Source of the DNA: a virus
Taxonomy: Duplodnaviria > Heunggongvirae > Uroviricota > Caudoviricetes
Direction: 5' to 3' (one strand)
Length of the DNA stretch: 64,000 bases
IMG/VR virus record: IMGVR_UViG_3300043399_000676
The notes under the pieces: model-generated
Databases searched by the model: none
The model's input: only the letters and a program-made list of their open reading frames with translations
Told to the model about the DNA's origin: nothing
Translations under genes and position numbers: made by a program
Part shown: positions 37,073 through 46,044 of the stretch, piece after piece
Numbering within the stretch: the stretch's first letter is position 1
Layout of the letters: the number at the start of each line of letters is the position of its first letter

Positions 37073-37627
37073 TTAAATTATCCCATTTTTTCTTGCTTCT
37101 ATTGCATGATCCACACTTGTGGTTGCTGCAACGTTTAAAATTCCTGCTACTTTACCCGGTGGATCATCTTCTTGAATGATGTTTCTCATTATCAATTGCT
37201 TTCGTGTAAATGAAAAAACATCAATCCTAGCATTTACTTGTGCAGTCTTGTTTAACAAAAACTGTGTTACATTATTTATGTAGTATTTACCAGTGAAAAG
37301 ATTGGGAGGGATCATAGTTTCTAAACTTTTAGATTCGTCTATTCTTGCGTTAACAATGACATCTGACCCGTTCTTTAGTACACCTGCTATTACTAACTGA
37401 GTAGGTGTTTGCCCAAGATCACCGATTGCTAAAGTAACTTTGCCATCATAGTTATAGAATATTTCAAAGCCTTTTGTTTTTAAATTAGGGAAAGACGCAG
37501 CAGCAGTTACTGCATTTTGTCCAATTAAAGCAGATGTGACGGTTGAATCAAATGCTCCCCCAATTGCGTTTGGCATAGGAACAGTTGAGATGACTGCCTT
37601 AGTGACCAAAGCGTCTTTAATTTCCAT
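37073..37627 (-). CDS. Hypothetical baseplate-associated protein (184 aa), possibly a degenerate lysozyme-like fold
   Basis: Start overlaps the gp5-like stop (TAATG); G..G.TP.QL..AG.LK...FTGK..I.....FL.N...Q pattern. Confidence 0.55.
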   Translation of the reverse strand: MEIKDALVTKAVISTVPMPNAIGGAFDSTVTSALIGQNAVTAAASFPNLKTKGFEIFYNYDGKVTLAIGDLGQTPTQLVIAGVLKNGSDVIVNARIDESKSLETMIPPNLFTGKYYINNVTQFLLNKTAQVNARIDVFSFTRKQLIMRNIIQEDDPPGKVAGILNVAATTSVDHAIEARKNGII

Positions 37628-39051
37628 TATCTTACCTCAAAGTTAACTTTTACGTCAACACCAAAATTAGCACCAGTCCAAGGTGAGTGTGCTGGACATC
37701 TCGATGTAATGCTTGGTAATTTTAGTGGCAATGGCCAAAATCCTGTGGGTTTTAGAATAGTCTCGTCGTGCAATTTAATTGGTATAGCCGGGACTTTTTG
37801 TGGAACAAGACATGTGCTTCCGGAGTTAATATTTACGGGTGATCCATTTATATATGTGGTCGCGCTACTTGCATACGATGCGTCACCACCAGACAACATG
37901 CTCATGCCTCCATCCACTTTAACGGTGAAACTACTGATCACATACTGGTTAAACGTAGTTCCAACTCTAAAGTTCATATCTTTTTTAGTAGTGACATTTA
38001 ATTGTTCTGCGTAAATGTTCATTTTTTTCTTCGCATGGAAGTTAATGTCTCTATCAGCATGTAAATTGACATCTCCTTCAGAACGAACATTAAAACTGTT
38101 TGCGGTGTACATGTCAATTGTACCTTCGAGGCCCATTTCTATCCAAGACTTACCACTTGAATGCATAATGAAAATTGATTGAATTGTATCATTCATCATA
38201 ATCATATGACCAGTGGTTGTACGCAAACGCATCAATTGATCCGCACCGCCAGCATCACCATCATCCATTGTAAACGTGTGGCCACCTCGCCTTGCATCAA
38301 CGTTTAATGAGGGATCTGATCCTCCAATCCTCGGAGCATCTTTTTGTCCGCCCATATAAACAGGTCGACCTGGAGTACTTATACCAAATACTCTACTAGG
38401 TGATTCTCTCATTGCACTTGATCCGATTACTCCTCGATCTGGATCACGAATTAATCCTTGATGAAACAGAACCGCTGCATGATATGAATGAACTGGTTTA
38501 ATTTCTGTTTCGTAAAAAATTGATCCAGCGATGCTAGGGTCATTATCGTTTATTTCAGTAACAGGAAATCTAGGCACATCTACATATTTCTGTGCTTCAA
38601 CTGGATTCAATGTTGCCTCGCTTGGAGGGACAGATCCAATTGCAGGAATCATTTGATTAAATGCAGGTTGCGGGATGCATCCAATATAGTACCCAAAGTT
38701 AATATCACCACGCAAGAAAATACAAACTACATGCGTCTCTAAGTCAGGCGGGGTATACCAAAATCCATAAGAATGGGGATCGTTAATATATTTACCTACC
38801 CCGGACCTTGGTGAAGGACCGTTTGTTTGTCCATAAAAAGGGGACATATAACTTACTGTTACCCAACTGTTTCTATCATCAGGATCAGATGCACCAAACT
38901 CGGAGATATAAACTTGTAGTCGACCACTCTTAAGAGAATCGACATTGTTTTTTACAATCCCCAAAACTGGATAATTGACAACCTTTTGACCAGGTTTATC
39001 GGGACTAAACCCTGATGTTACACCCCTAACTTTTGAAACGTCATCTGCCAT
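37627..39051 (-). CDS. gp5: Baseplate central spike, gp5/VgrG-like (OB fold + beta-helix), with no internal T4-type lysozyme
   Basis: G.VKNN.D....GRLQV.I...SYGFW..PPD OB-fold motif; RESPSRVFGISTPG; GGH.F.MDDGD; RLRT..GH...M.D; C-terminal R.PAH.PW. Confidence 0.8.
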   Translation of the reverse strand: MADDVSKVRGVTSGFSPDKPGQKVVNYPVLGIVKNNVDSLKSGRLQVYISEFGASDPDDRNSWVTVSYMSPFYGQTNGPSPRSGVGKYINDPHSYGFWYTPPDLETHVVCIFLRGDINFGYYIGCIPQPAFNQMIPAIGSVPPSEATLNPVEAQKYVDVPRFPVTEINDNDPSIAGSIFYETEIKPVHSYHAAVLFHQGLIRDPDRGVIGSSAMRESPSRVFGISTPGRPVYMGGQKDAPRIGGSDPSLNVDARRGGHTFTMDDGDAGGADQLMRLRTTTGHMIMMNDTIQSIFIMHSSGKSWIEMGLEGTIDMYTANSFNVRSEGDVNLHADRDINFHAKKKMNIYAEQLNVTTKKDMNFRVGTTFNQYVISSFTVKVDGGMSMLSGGDASYASSATTYINGSPVNINSGSTCLVPQKVPAIPIKLHDETILKPTGFWPLPLKLPSITSRCPAHSPWTGANFGVDVKVNFEVR

Positions 39052-39055
39052 TTAT

Positions 39056-41488
39056 TTATCCTTGATATTCGAATTGCCCCGCATCTTCATCCTGACCTGC
39101 GGGAGTTGGTTTGATTTCTTGTTCGATTGGAGTAGGTGCTGATACTGGTGTATCTTGTACATTTGCACCTGCATTTGCCGGGGCTGCAGGAGCAGACTGA
39201 TTTGGTGGAGGATTATTAGAAATCACAAAGCCTCCACCGTATACATTGTTTAATCGATCATCTAAAACTAGAAATGCATCCAAATTCTGTGTAAATTTTC
39301 CTTTACTAAACGAACTTTTAACAGAACGTAGTTGATAAACAAATCCAGTAGGTGCTTCAGTTTTGGCTGAAGCATAGAATCTAATGTCACGGTTAACATC
39401 CATAGTTCCATCATCTTTTTTAAAGTCGGTTACTTGTTGGAAAATAATTTCAACAAAAACCTGTCCTCCTGTTGGATTAATCGTAAAATTATCCATACCA
39501 TAAAACGATTCGAACAGTTTATTTAACCCTGCACTGGTGGAGTAAATTATATAATCTGGATCTCCTGTTATTTGAATGTTAGTTTCTATCGTATCACCCG
39601 GTGAATAAAGGTCCGTCATAACACCCTCGACTGGAATAGCCGACCTAGCCGATCTATTTGCTTGCATGGCGTCTGGTGCAGCGGTGGTATCAGTAATACC
39701 ACCGTATGCTGGATTCCCTACATTATCTGGAGCTGATTTAACGTAATACAAGTTATTAAAATTTTGCTCATAACTTAAAATGTTTGTATTTTTTCCAGTG
39801 TACCAATACTCATATACCTTGTGAGGACCTAAGTATTGAGATGGATTGCCAAATGCTGAACGAAGGTACGGAACTTTATATGTTTGAACCATGTAGGTTA
39901 TTTTATAGGTAAAAGTATTTCTTTCTTTTGAAAACCCCTTTACTTCTACCTTTGGAGTAATAGTAAACCATTTCATCGGTTCTGCTGACTTATTTTCATC
40001 ATAGCTATTGCCGTTTGGGTTTTGCTCACTACCTGTTCTATTTGTCTTTAAGACTTTCACCATTTTTTCTGGGAAAGAGCTGACTGCAATCATTTGTTCT
40101 ATTGTTTGAATAATAGATTGCCCCTCTGGTATTGTAAACGTTTTTGTATTTTTATTAGGAGCTGCTACCTGAGTTAGGTTTTGACTAGAGTTTACAGTTT
40201 GGTTAATTTTACCTAAATTATTACCGTCTAGTTCTTTTACTCTGTCAAACTCTTTTTTTAGTTTTGAGTTTACTAACAAAGCGTTTTTAATTTCGGTGAT
40301 AGCGTCAGGTGAGTATTCAATTTTGTAATCAGTCGTTATAGTAAGCTTTGCATTTTCACCATTTTTTCTAGGTTTTAGAAATTTTTGCTGCTCATCATTC
40401 ATATGATCGATAAAACTTTGAATAGCATCACCCACTGTAATTGCGCTAACTTCACAGTTAGATTTAACTCGACCATCGATTTGTCCTATGCCTATTAATT
40501 CATTCACGTTTGCGGCTGTTACTTTATAACAAGTGACTCTTCCGTCCAATTTAAATTCTATTTTTGTTATTTTTATTGCAAACACTCGTTCAAATAACCC
40601 ATTCTTATCAACCAAGGAAACATCATTTCCTCCTTTATAAGTATCTCCAGTTACAACATTTCCGTCTTTGTCATACCCAAAGAATCTTATTGCAATTGCG
40701 TAGTGTTGATTTATTGCGCTTTGACTTTGTGAAATTCCAGGTATTTTTGATTTAGCTAATATGGTTTTGGCCGCAGTTGTAAGTCTATTAACAAAAGAAA
40801 TACTATAAGGCTCATAAATATTAAACTCAAAGTCAATCGATGAGGTTGTTGCTGGGTTATTTTCAATCGCAGTTTTTGTATCAAACTTTAAGTCATCAAT
40901 ATAAACATCTAACTTTTCAAACCCAGGAGCTCTCTTTACTTTGTCAGGAGTTGGTTGCCCACTACTACCACTTTGACAAACTAAAACTGCTTCCCCTCTT
41001 TCTATCGCTCTAGCTAAACCAGGACCACCTTCTGCTACTAAACTATTTTGTGCTTCCGGGGTAAGCATATAAAGACTAATTTGATATGTAAAACTAGAAA
41101 AGTCATCAAGCGGATTGCTTTTTCTCCTACCGACTGGTCCAGTTGACGTAGATTTTTTTGGGCTATCTGTTTTATTTACCCCAGTGTTTGTGTTAGATCG
41201 TGAAAGTAAATTAGAAGCGATCTTATTTCTATTTGTAACTGGGGAAAGTAAATTCGTAACTGCTGTTTTGGCCTGACCGGGTGCTGATGAAGCCAATCTA
41301 CTGAGTGAAGAAACCCCTGAAGTCACAGAATTAACTGTATTGTTTACAGCACTAGAAATACCTTGAATGCCACCAGTGAGTGAACCGAATGGCACTCCTA
41401 TATCTTCTTGTATTGAATTCTGAGCTTTTGCTAATGCACCAGTTAGTCCGCTTATAAACGGAGGGTCAGTTAGATTGAAAAATGACAT
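39056..41488 (-). CDS. Baseplate hub protein (gp27-like position, 810 aa)
   Basis: NPLD.F.SFTY..SL, F.IYEPY, K.Y.YWYTGKNT.IL, I.I.GDPDY, V.S.F..GKFTQ.L motifs; between gp53-like and gp5-like genes. Confidence 0.65.
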   Translation of the reverse strand: MSFFNLTDPPFISGLTGALAKAQNSIQEDIGVPFGSLTGGIQGISSAVNNTVNSVTSGVSSLSRLASSAPGQAKTAVTNLLSPVTNRNKIASNLLSRSNTNTGVNKTDSPKKSTSTGPVGRRKSNPLDDFSSFTYQISLYMLTPEAQNSLVAEGGPGLARAIERGEAVLVCQSGSSGQPTPDKVKRAPGFEKLDVYIDDLKFDTKTAIENNPATTSSIDFEFNIYEPYSISFVNRLTTAAKTILAKSKIPGISQSQSAINQHYAIAIRFFGYDKDGNVVTGDTYKGGNDVSLVDKNGLFERVFAIKITKIEFKLDGRVTCYKVTAANVNELIGIGQIDGRVKSNCEVSAITVGDAIQSFIDHMNDEQQKFLKPRKNGENAKLTITTDYKIEYSPDAITEIKNALLVNSKLKKEFDRVKELDGNNLGKINQTVNSSQNLTQVAAPNKNTKTFTIPEGQSIIQTIEQMIAVSSFPEKMVKVLKTNRTGSEQNPNGNSYDENKSAEPMKWFTITPKVEVKGFSKERNTFTYKITYMVQTYKVPYLRSAFGNPSQYLGPHKVYEYWYTGKNTNILSYEQNFNNLYYVKSAPDNVGNPAYGGITDTTAAPDAMQANRSARSAIPVEGVMTDLYSPGDTIETNIQITGDPDYIIYSTSAGLNKLFESFYGMDNFTINPTGGQVFVEIIFQQVTDFKKDDGTMDVNRDIRFYASAKTEAPTGFVYQLRSVKSSFSKGKFTQNLDAFLVLDDRLNNVYGGGFVISNNPPPNQSAPAAPANAGANVQDTPVSAPTPIEQEIKPTPAGQDEDAGQFEYQG

Positions 41489-41788
41489 TTAGAATCCTAA
41501 TGTTGATTTTAAATTAGTAAGTTTAGGTAAATAGATGTTTGTCCCTGCGACAAAATCAAAAAGAGGATCTTTGAGACGATTGGGATTTCTCTGTGCAAAG
41601 ACCCACCATAACCTACTTTCATTATAAAGATCATGAGCCAGTAAATCTGGTCTTAGATGATAAACTTGGTTTATTGTCCATAGCTGATCTGTTGCATCCA
41701 TAGGAACTTTTCTGTTTTCCATTACATCGAGGTAAAGATTGTCTACAACTGATGTAAAAAAGTAAGGGCTTACCTTAGAATATGACAT
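41489..41788 (-). CDS. gp53: Baseplate wedge protein, gp53-like (LysM-like); start at 41788 preferred (99 aa)
   Basis: RPDLLA.DLY....LWWVFA.RN...L.DP..DF..G..IYLP motif; ATG overlaps the upstream TAA. Confidence 0.75.
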   Translation of the reverse strand: MSYSKVSPYFFTSVVDNLYLDVMENRKVPMDATDQLWTINQVYHLRPDLLAHDLYNESRLWWVFAQRNPNRLKDPLFDFVAGTNIYLPKLTNLKSTLGF

Positions 41789-43197
41789 TACCAAATTCCT
41801 CTTAGTTTTCCTTGTGCGTATTTCTCAACGCTAAAGTTATTGCTGATATCACTTCTAGTGACAATAGGTATGCAAGTTAAGTTAATTTGCATTTTCGTAG
41901 GAACATAAGTTGCATCTGTTCTAGTCAACGATGTGAACTTAGGAGGTGAGGTCGCAGCACCAGGTCGAAGATTAGAAGAAAACAATCTGTTAAGTCCAGG
42001 TACGTTGACATTTTGTTTATACTTGTAGGGATCTAAGGTTACTCCTGTTGTAGCTTTAGGTCCAGTTCTAATATAGTCAACATCATCCGGTAAATTATAC
42101 TGAAATGTATTAACTAACAAAGGATGATTATCAAATTGATACGGACCTAATCCCGTCAAGAAACACAGCGGCGGAGGTGTACCCCTAACTGGATTTGCAT
42201 CCTGTCCATAAAACATTTTTGTTACACTTCTAAAAAAGTGTATCACTGCTAATAAGTAGTTTGCTTCTTCTAAATCTTGGGCTGTAAAATAAGCAGTTAT
42301 GTTAATTTGACTTACTTCGCTGTTCTTGTATTGATAGAATTTGTAATTCGTATGTGCTAAGTCAGCCGGTTCATAATTCGCCTGATAAGAAAATCCTATT
42401 TGAGGTAAGTAAGGGAAAATTACACCATCTGTTTCTTTTAGTGGAAATAAAGGATCATTTGGCTGCGCTGCTCTGTAAAGATAAGTTGCACTCTTTGCAA
42501 GAGACAACTTAACTCTCCAATCACCATTTGCTTTGCTTGTAGGTTCTTCGGATGCTATCTTAGCTGTGTTCGCTCTGTTTAGGTCTGTATTGATTCCCAA
42601 TTCACCTAATGCAGCATCAGTAGGTAAATCAGTATTGATACCCAGTTCTCCGACATCAGCAACCCCATCTGGCACTGGTGGTTCAGTTAATGCTGTATTG
42701 ATTCCCAATTCACCTAATGCAGCATCAGTAGGTAAATCAGTATTGATACCCAGTTCTCCGACATCAGCGACCCCATCTGGCACAGGTGGATCTTCTAACG
42801 GTACAGGAGGAGAAGAGGTTTCTTGCAGACTTAATGAGATTCGATTTGTAACTTCATCAATACTGACAGGTGCCCACCCTCTAGCAACAAAAAAGTTATC
42901 TTCTGTTCCGGTGAGTCGTTGATCGGTTACACTCGTGCTGGTTGCGCTTATACCACTAACTATGCCCCTTAGCCCTACACCACCACCTCCTCCTGCTCCC
43001 TCTTGCTCTAATTGTCTTGCTAAGCCGGTAACTATATTATCTAAATTTGTGTTTGTATAACCGAAACTTACGATTTGAGATGCTACTTGCCCCGTCGGGG
43101 CCGTAACAGTAATAGTCTGCTCGTTGGTCACAGTGTCCAAAACACTAGTAGTAACTGTCCCATCAGTGGCTGTGTAAGTACTCGTATATTGTGGCAT
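41788..43197 (-). CDS. Baseplate/tail-tube initiator-like protein (gp48/gp54-like C-terminal domain) with an internal repeat
   Basis: DWRV.LSL...T.GVIFPY.P.I...Y.ANY....H.NY...F.RSVTKMFYG...G.PPP...L.G.G motif set. Confidence 0.65.
   Translation of the reverse strand: MPQYTSTYTATDGTVTTSVLDTVTNEQTITVTAPTGQVASQIVSFGYTNTNLDNIVTGLARQLEQEGAGGGGGVGLRGIVSGISATSTSVTDQRLTGTEDNFFVARGWAPVSIDEVTNRISLSLQETSSPPVPLEDPPVPDGVADVGELGINTDLPTDAALGELGINTALTEPPVPDGVADVGELGINTDLPTDAALGELGINTDLNRANTAKIASEEPTSKANGDWRVKLSLAKSATYLYRAAQPNDPLFPLKETDGVIFPYLPQIGFSYQANYEPADLAHTNYKFYQYKNSEVSQINITAYFTAQDLEEANYLLAVIHFFRSVTKMFYGQDANPVRGTPPPLCFLTGLGPYQFDNHPLLVNTFQYNLPDDVDYIRTGPKATTGVTLDPYKYKQNVNVPGLNRLFSSNLRPGAATSPPKFTSLTRTDATYVPTKMQINLTCIPIVTRSDISNNFSVEKYAQGKLRGIW
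42585..42789. repeat. Near-perfect direct repeat at 108-bp (36-aa) offset; ELGINT sub-motif occurs four times
   Basis: ctgtattgattcccaattcacctaatgcagcatcagtaggtaaatc... at 42585 and 42693. Confidence 0.9.
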
Positions 43198-43219
43198 ATT
43201 AAACTTTAATCCTCAGTTA

Positions 43220-43236
43220 TATTTATCAGATAAATA
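43220..43236. promoter_or_regulatory. Back-to-back late promoter boxes (TATTTATC-A-GATAAATA palindrome)
   Basis: The minus-strand box (43220-43226) precedes the tail operon; the plus-strand box (43230-43236) points into the endonuclease gene in antisense. Confidence 0.6.
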
Positions 43237-43304
43237 AAGTACTATTTTTACCTTTCCCTCTTAGGATTGCTTTCTCCTATCAATCCTGTTAAAGTCTTAC
43301 ACAT

Positions 43305-43940
43305 TCACAAAAGGATTTTAAACTTGCAATTATCAAAATGATACCTATTCATGTTTGTTACCCCACCCTCTTTTCCACAGTGGGTGCATATTACAGTTCT
43401 TTGGGGACCTCTAGGTACACCTAATTTTTTTGCACTCAATTCAGGTCTTTTTTTACCTTTTAACTTACTAGGTTTACCAGTCTTTCCAGCACTAATTGCA
43501 GGATTCTTTTTGCCCTTTCTTGCCCTATTTGACTCTGCTAACTTTGCTGCATGAGACGGAGATTTAGGTTTTCCTTTTAACGGACTAGGTATCCCTTTCT
43601 TAGCATCACTCATCCTTTTTCTAGTCTCTTCACTCCTGATACAACCTGATGCACCTTCACCGCCGTCCGTTTTATTTCTTAAAATTCCTTTGTTTAGGTC
43701 TTTCCTGCCATACCACCTAATCATTCTACGTTCGACGGCAAGAGCACCTAATTCAGTTAAATTGGATTCAAGAATTACAATTCTTTCATTGTTATTTGGT
43801 GCGCTAATGGGTTCGCATTTCATTTTTATCCAGGCGCGGTGACCTTTGCCCTTCCCAATATAATACGGTGAGCCGTCTTTTCTAAGATAGGCGTATACAT
43901 AAAAACCAAATGGTGGATTTTTTCTTGAATAAATAGACAT
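43305..43940 (-). CDS. Free-standing GIY-YIG-family homing endonuclease with a NUMOD3 motif and a C-terminal Zn-finger-like motif
   Basis: YVY(x10)YIGKG, catalytic-type R, E (ALAVE) and N (LRNKTDGGEG); RSEETRKRMS NUMOD3; CTHC...H...C; GGAG RBS. Confidence 0.85.
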   Translation of the reverse strand: MSIYSRKNPPFGFYVYAYLRKDGSPYYIGKGKGHRAWIKMKCEPISAPNNNERIVILESNLTELGALAVERRMIRWYGRKDLNKGILRNKTDGGEGASGCIRSEETRKRMSDAKKGIPSPLKGKPKSPSHAAKLAESNRARKGKKNPAISAGKTGKPSKLKGKKRPELSAKKLGVPRGPQRTVICTHCGKEGGVTNMNRYHFDNCKFKILL

Positions 43941-44007
43941 GCTGATGCTCCTTCATAGCGTTAGAGTAGTTGGGAATTCCCGTTCCGCGAACTACATTCT
44001 TATTTAT
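43941..44007 (-). promoter_or_regulatory. Late promoter ATAAATA (44001-44007) plus a structured 5' leader of the endonuclease gene
   Basis: Minus strand reads ATAAATA agaat GTAGTT cgc GGAA cgggaa TTCC c AACTAC tctaac GCT atgaagg AGC atcagc ATG. Confidence 0.6.
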
Positions 44008-44016
44008 GCAAAATAT

Positions 44017-44045
44017 TTGATATTTTGCCGTATCTATATTATACT
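44017..44045 (+). promoter_or_regulatory. Sigma70-like promoter TTGATA-17 bp-TATACT
   Basis: Near-consensus hexamers with 17-bp spacing upstream of ATG 44070. Confidence 0.6.
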
Positions 44046-44069
44046 TTCCATACTAAAAGGCAACCATCA

Positions 44070-44984
44070 ATGACCATACAATCCTCCCTACCACCTGCAA
44101 AAAAAGTAAACTATTTAAATAATAAAGACATCTTGAAAGAGATTCATCTAAGCAAGAACTCATACTGTTCATTCAAGACAGAAGAGGATAACAAATATGA
44201 CCTAATCATAGATTTTCCGCATGAACCTCTAGAGAGGTCGTTTGAATATATGTTAAAAGAAGACACCCTTGAAAAGGCAAAGGAAAAAAGGGCTGCTAGG
44301 ATTTTTGTTGAGACTGGAGAAAAAGTCGATTGCTCAACTATCCAAACGTCCGACTTAGTATTCAGAGTCATGACATGGGATCATATTCCACTTTCAAATA
44401 AAAAGCCAAAGAAAGTCGAAGCAAAGAAATCCGTAAAGGAAATATTTGCATTCGAGGAAGACGATAGCGAACCCTCATTTGAAGATTTAGAAGATGTCGC
44501 AACTAAAGGGGAGGTTGACGACATGGTGCATGTTAAAGTAAACTTTCCTCCATTCCAGCATTTCAAGATTGACAAAAACAACTCAGTCGAGTGTGTGGGT
44601 AAGAGTCATTGGAAAGGTACAATCAACGACGGTGAATTTTGTAAAGATCATGGTCAGATCACCGACAAACTTGCCCGAATATACATTATGATGTGTGAAA
44701 AGTACGCAATGAAATACAACTGGCGAGGGTATACTTATAATGACGAAATGAGAAACAGCGGAATTCTTCAGCTAACTTATGTAGGACTTAGATTCAACGA
44801 AGCCAAAAGTGTAAACCCGTTTTCGTATTTTACACAAGTAATAACAAATAGCTTCTTACGCATTCTTAATTTGGAGAAGAAAGGTCAGAATCTGCGAGAT
44901 GATATTCTAGAGATGAATGGGCTAAACCCATCATATACTAGACAGTTTAATAACTCTAGATCGCTGTCATCAGACGGTGACTGA
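44070..44984 (+). CDS. gp55: Late-transcription sigma factor, T4 gp55-like (start 44070 preferred over TTG 44025)
   Basis: VNYLNNKD.L.EI, NWRGYTY.DEM, F...KS.NPF.YFTQ...NSFLR.L..EKK motifs; next to gp47/gp46 as in T4-like phages. Confidence 0.85.
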   Translation: MTIQSSLPPAKKVNYLNNKDILKEIHLSKNSYCSFKTEEDNKYDLIIDFPHEPLERSFEYMLKEDTLEKAKEKRAARIFVETGEKVDCSTIQTSDLVFRVMTWDHIPLSNKKPKKVEAKKSVKEIFAFEEDDSEPSFEDLEDVATKGEVDDMVHVKVNFPPFQHFKIDKNNSVECVGKSHWKGTINDGEFCKDHGQITDKLARIYIMMCEKYAMKYNWRGYTYNDEMRNSGILQLTYVGLRFNEAKSVNPFSYFTQVITNSFLRILNLEKKGQNLRDDILEMNGLNPSYTRQFNNSRSLSSDGD

Positions 44985-44998
44985 TTCTTCCAACCAAT

Positions 44999-45027
44999 TT
45001 GCATCTTTCATTCAATTACAGTAAAAT
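44999..45027 (+). promoter_or_regulatory. Sigma70-like promoter TTGCAT-17 bp-TAAAAT, 6 nt before the gp47 ATG
   Basis: Hexamers with 17-bp spacing; no SD sequence between the -10 box and the ATG. Confidence 0.55.
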
Positions 45028-45033
45028 ACTACC

Positions 45034-46044
45034 ATGAGCAATTTATTTAAAAAAGCGGCAGTTCTTACTGACCTACACGTTGGACTAAAAAACAATAGTG
45101 TAGTTCATAACGAAGATTGTATTCAATTCGTTGAATGGTTTATTGAATCTGCAAAAAAGGAAGGATGTGATGTTTGTCTTTGTTTAGGTGATTGGCACAA
45201 TCATAGGGCTACAATTAACATTCTTAGCCTAAACTACTCTATGCGGTGTTTGGAAAAGCTGAACGCAGGATTTTCCAAAGTCTATTTTATTACTGGTAAT
45301 CATGATCTTTTTTATCGTGAGAACAGAACCGTTCATAGCGTAGCTTGGGCAGCGTATCTGCCAAACGTTGAAGTAATTAATGACATTTGGTCAGAGGGAG
45401 ATGTTACATTGTGCCCTTGGCTCGTCGGTGACGAGAACAAAAAGTTAAAGAAGATCAAGACCAAATATACATTTGGGCACTTTGAACTTCCCAATTTTTA
45501 CATGAACGCACAAATCTTGATGCCTGATCACGGACAATATACTGAAGATATGTTTAATGGAACTGAACATGTCTTCAGTGGTCACTTTCATAAGCGTCAA
45601 ACTAACAAGAATATTACTTACATCGGGAACGCATTCCCACACAACTATTCAGATGTTGGTGATAAAGAACGTGGAATGATGATTTTGGAATGGGGGAAAG
45701 CACCAAAATTTTATTCTTGGCCTAATCAACCATTGTATAATGTGTTTTCACTTAGTGAAATCCTAGACAAGCCAGAAGATTTACTCATACCAAAAAGTCA
45801 TGTAAAAGTAAATCTTGATATTCCGATTAGTTACGAGGAAGCAAACTTCATTAGAGAGACTCTGATCCCGCAATACAATTTGCGAGAAATGGCTCTTATT
45901 CCTGCAAAATCAGAGGAGTTATTTGATACTGCATCTGAAACGAAATTTGAAAGTGTAGACAAGACTGTTATTGATCAAATCAATTCCATCGACAGTAAAA
46001 CATACGACAAGAAGATTCTATTGGAAATTTATAATTCTCTATGA
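45034..46044 (+). CDS. gp47: Recombination endonuclease subunit (Mre11/SbcD-like metallophosphoesterase)
   Basis: TDLHVG, LGDW, TGNHD, FGHFE, SGHFH motifs. Confidence 0.92.
   Translation: MSNLFKKAAVLTDLHVGLKNNSVVHNEDCIQFVEWFIESAKKEGCDVCLCLGDWHNHRATINILSLNYSMRCLEKLNAGFSKVYFITGNHDLFYRENRTVHSVAWAAYLPNVEVINDIWSEGDVTLCPWLVGDENKKLKKIKTKYTFGHFELPNFYMNAQILMPDHGQYTEDMFNGTEHVFSGHFHKRQTNKNITYIGNAFPHNYSDVGDKERGMMILEWGKAPKFYSWPNQPLYNVFSLSEILDKPEDLLIPKSHVKVNLDIPISYEEANFIRETLIPQYNLREMALIPAKSEELFDTASETKFESVDKTVIDQINSIDSKTYDKKILLEIYNSL

Noticed and set aside
39053-39059. ATAAATA just before the gp5-like ATG as a late promoter
   Set aside because: Only 1 nt from the start codon and it includes the upstream stop codon, so a transcript would begin inside the gene; more likely coincidental.
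43305-43940. Endonuclease as intron- or intein-encoded
   Set aside because: It lies between complete genes, has its own promoter and RBS, and has no intron core around it.
44025-44069. TTG start at 44025 for the sigma factor
   Set aside because: It overlaps the predicted sigma70 promoter; ATG 44070 has an AAAGG RBS and precedes the conserved NYLNN motif.
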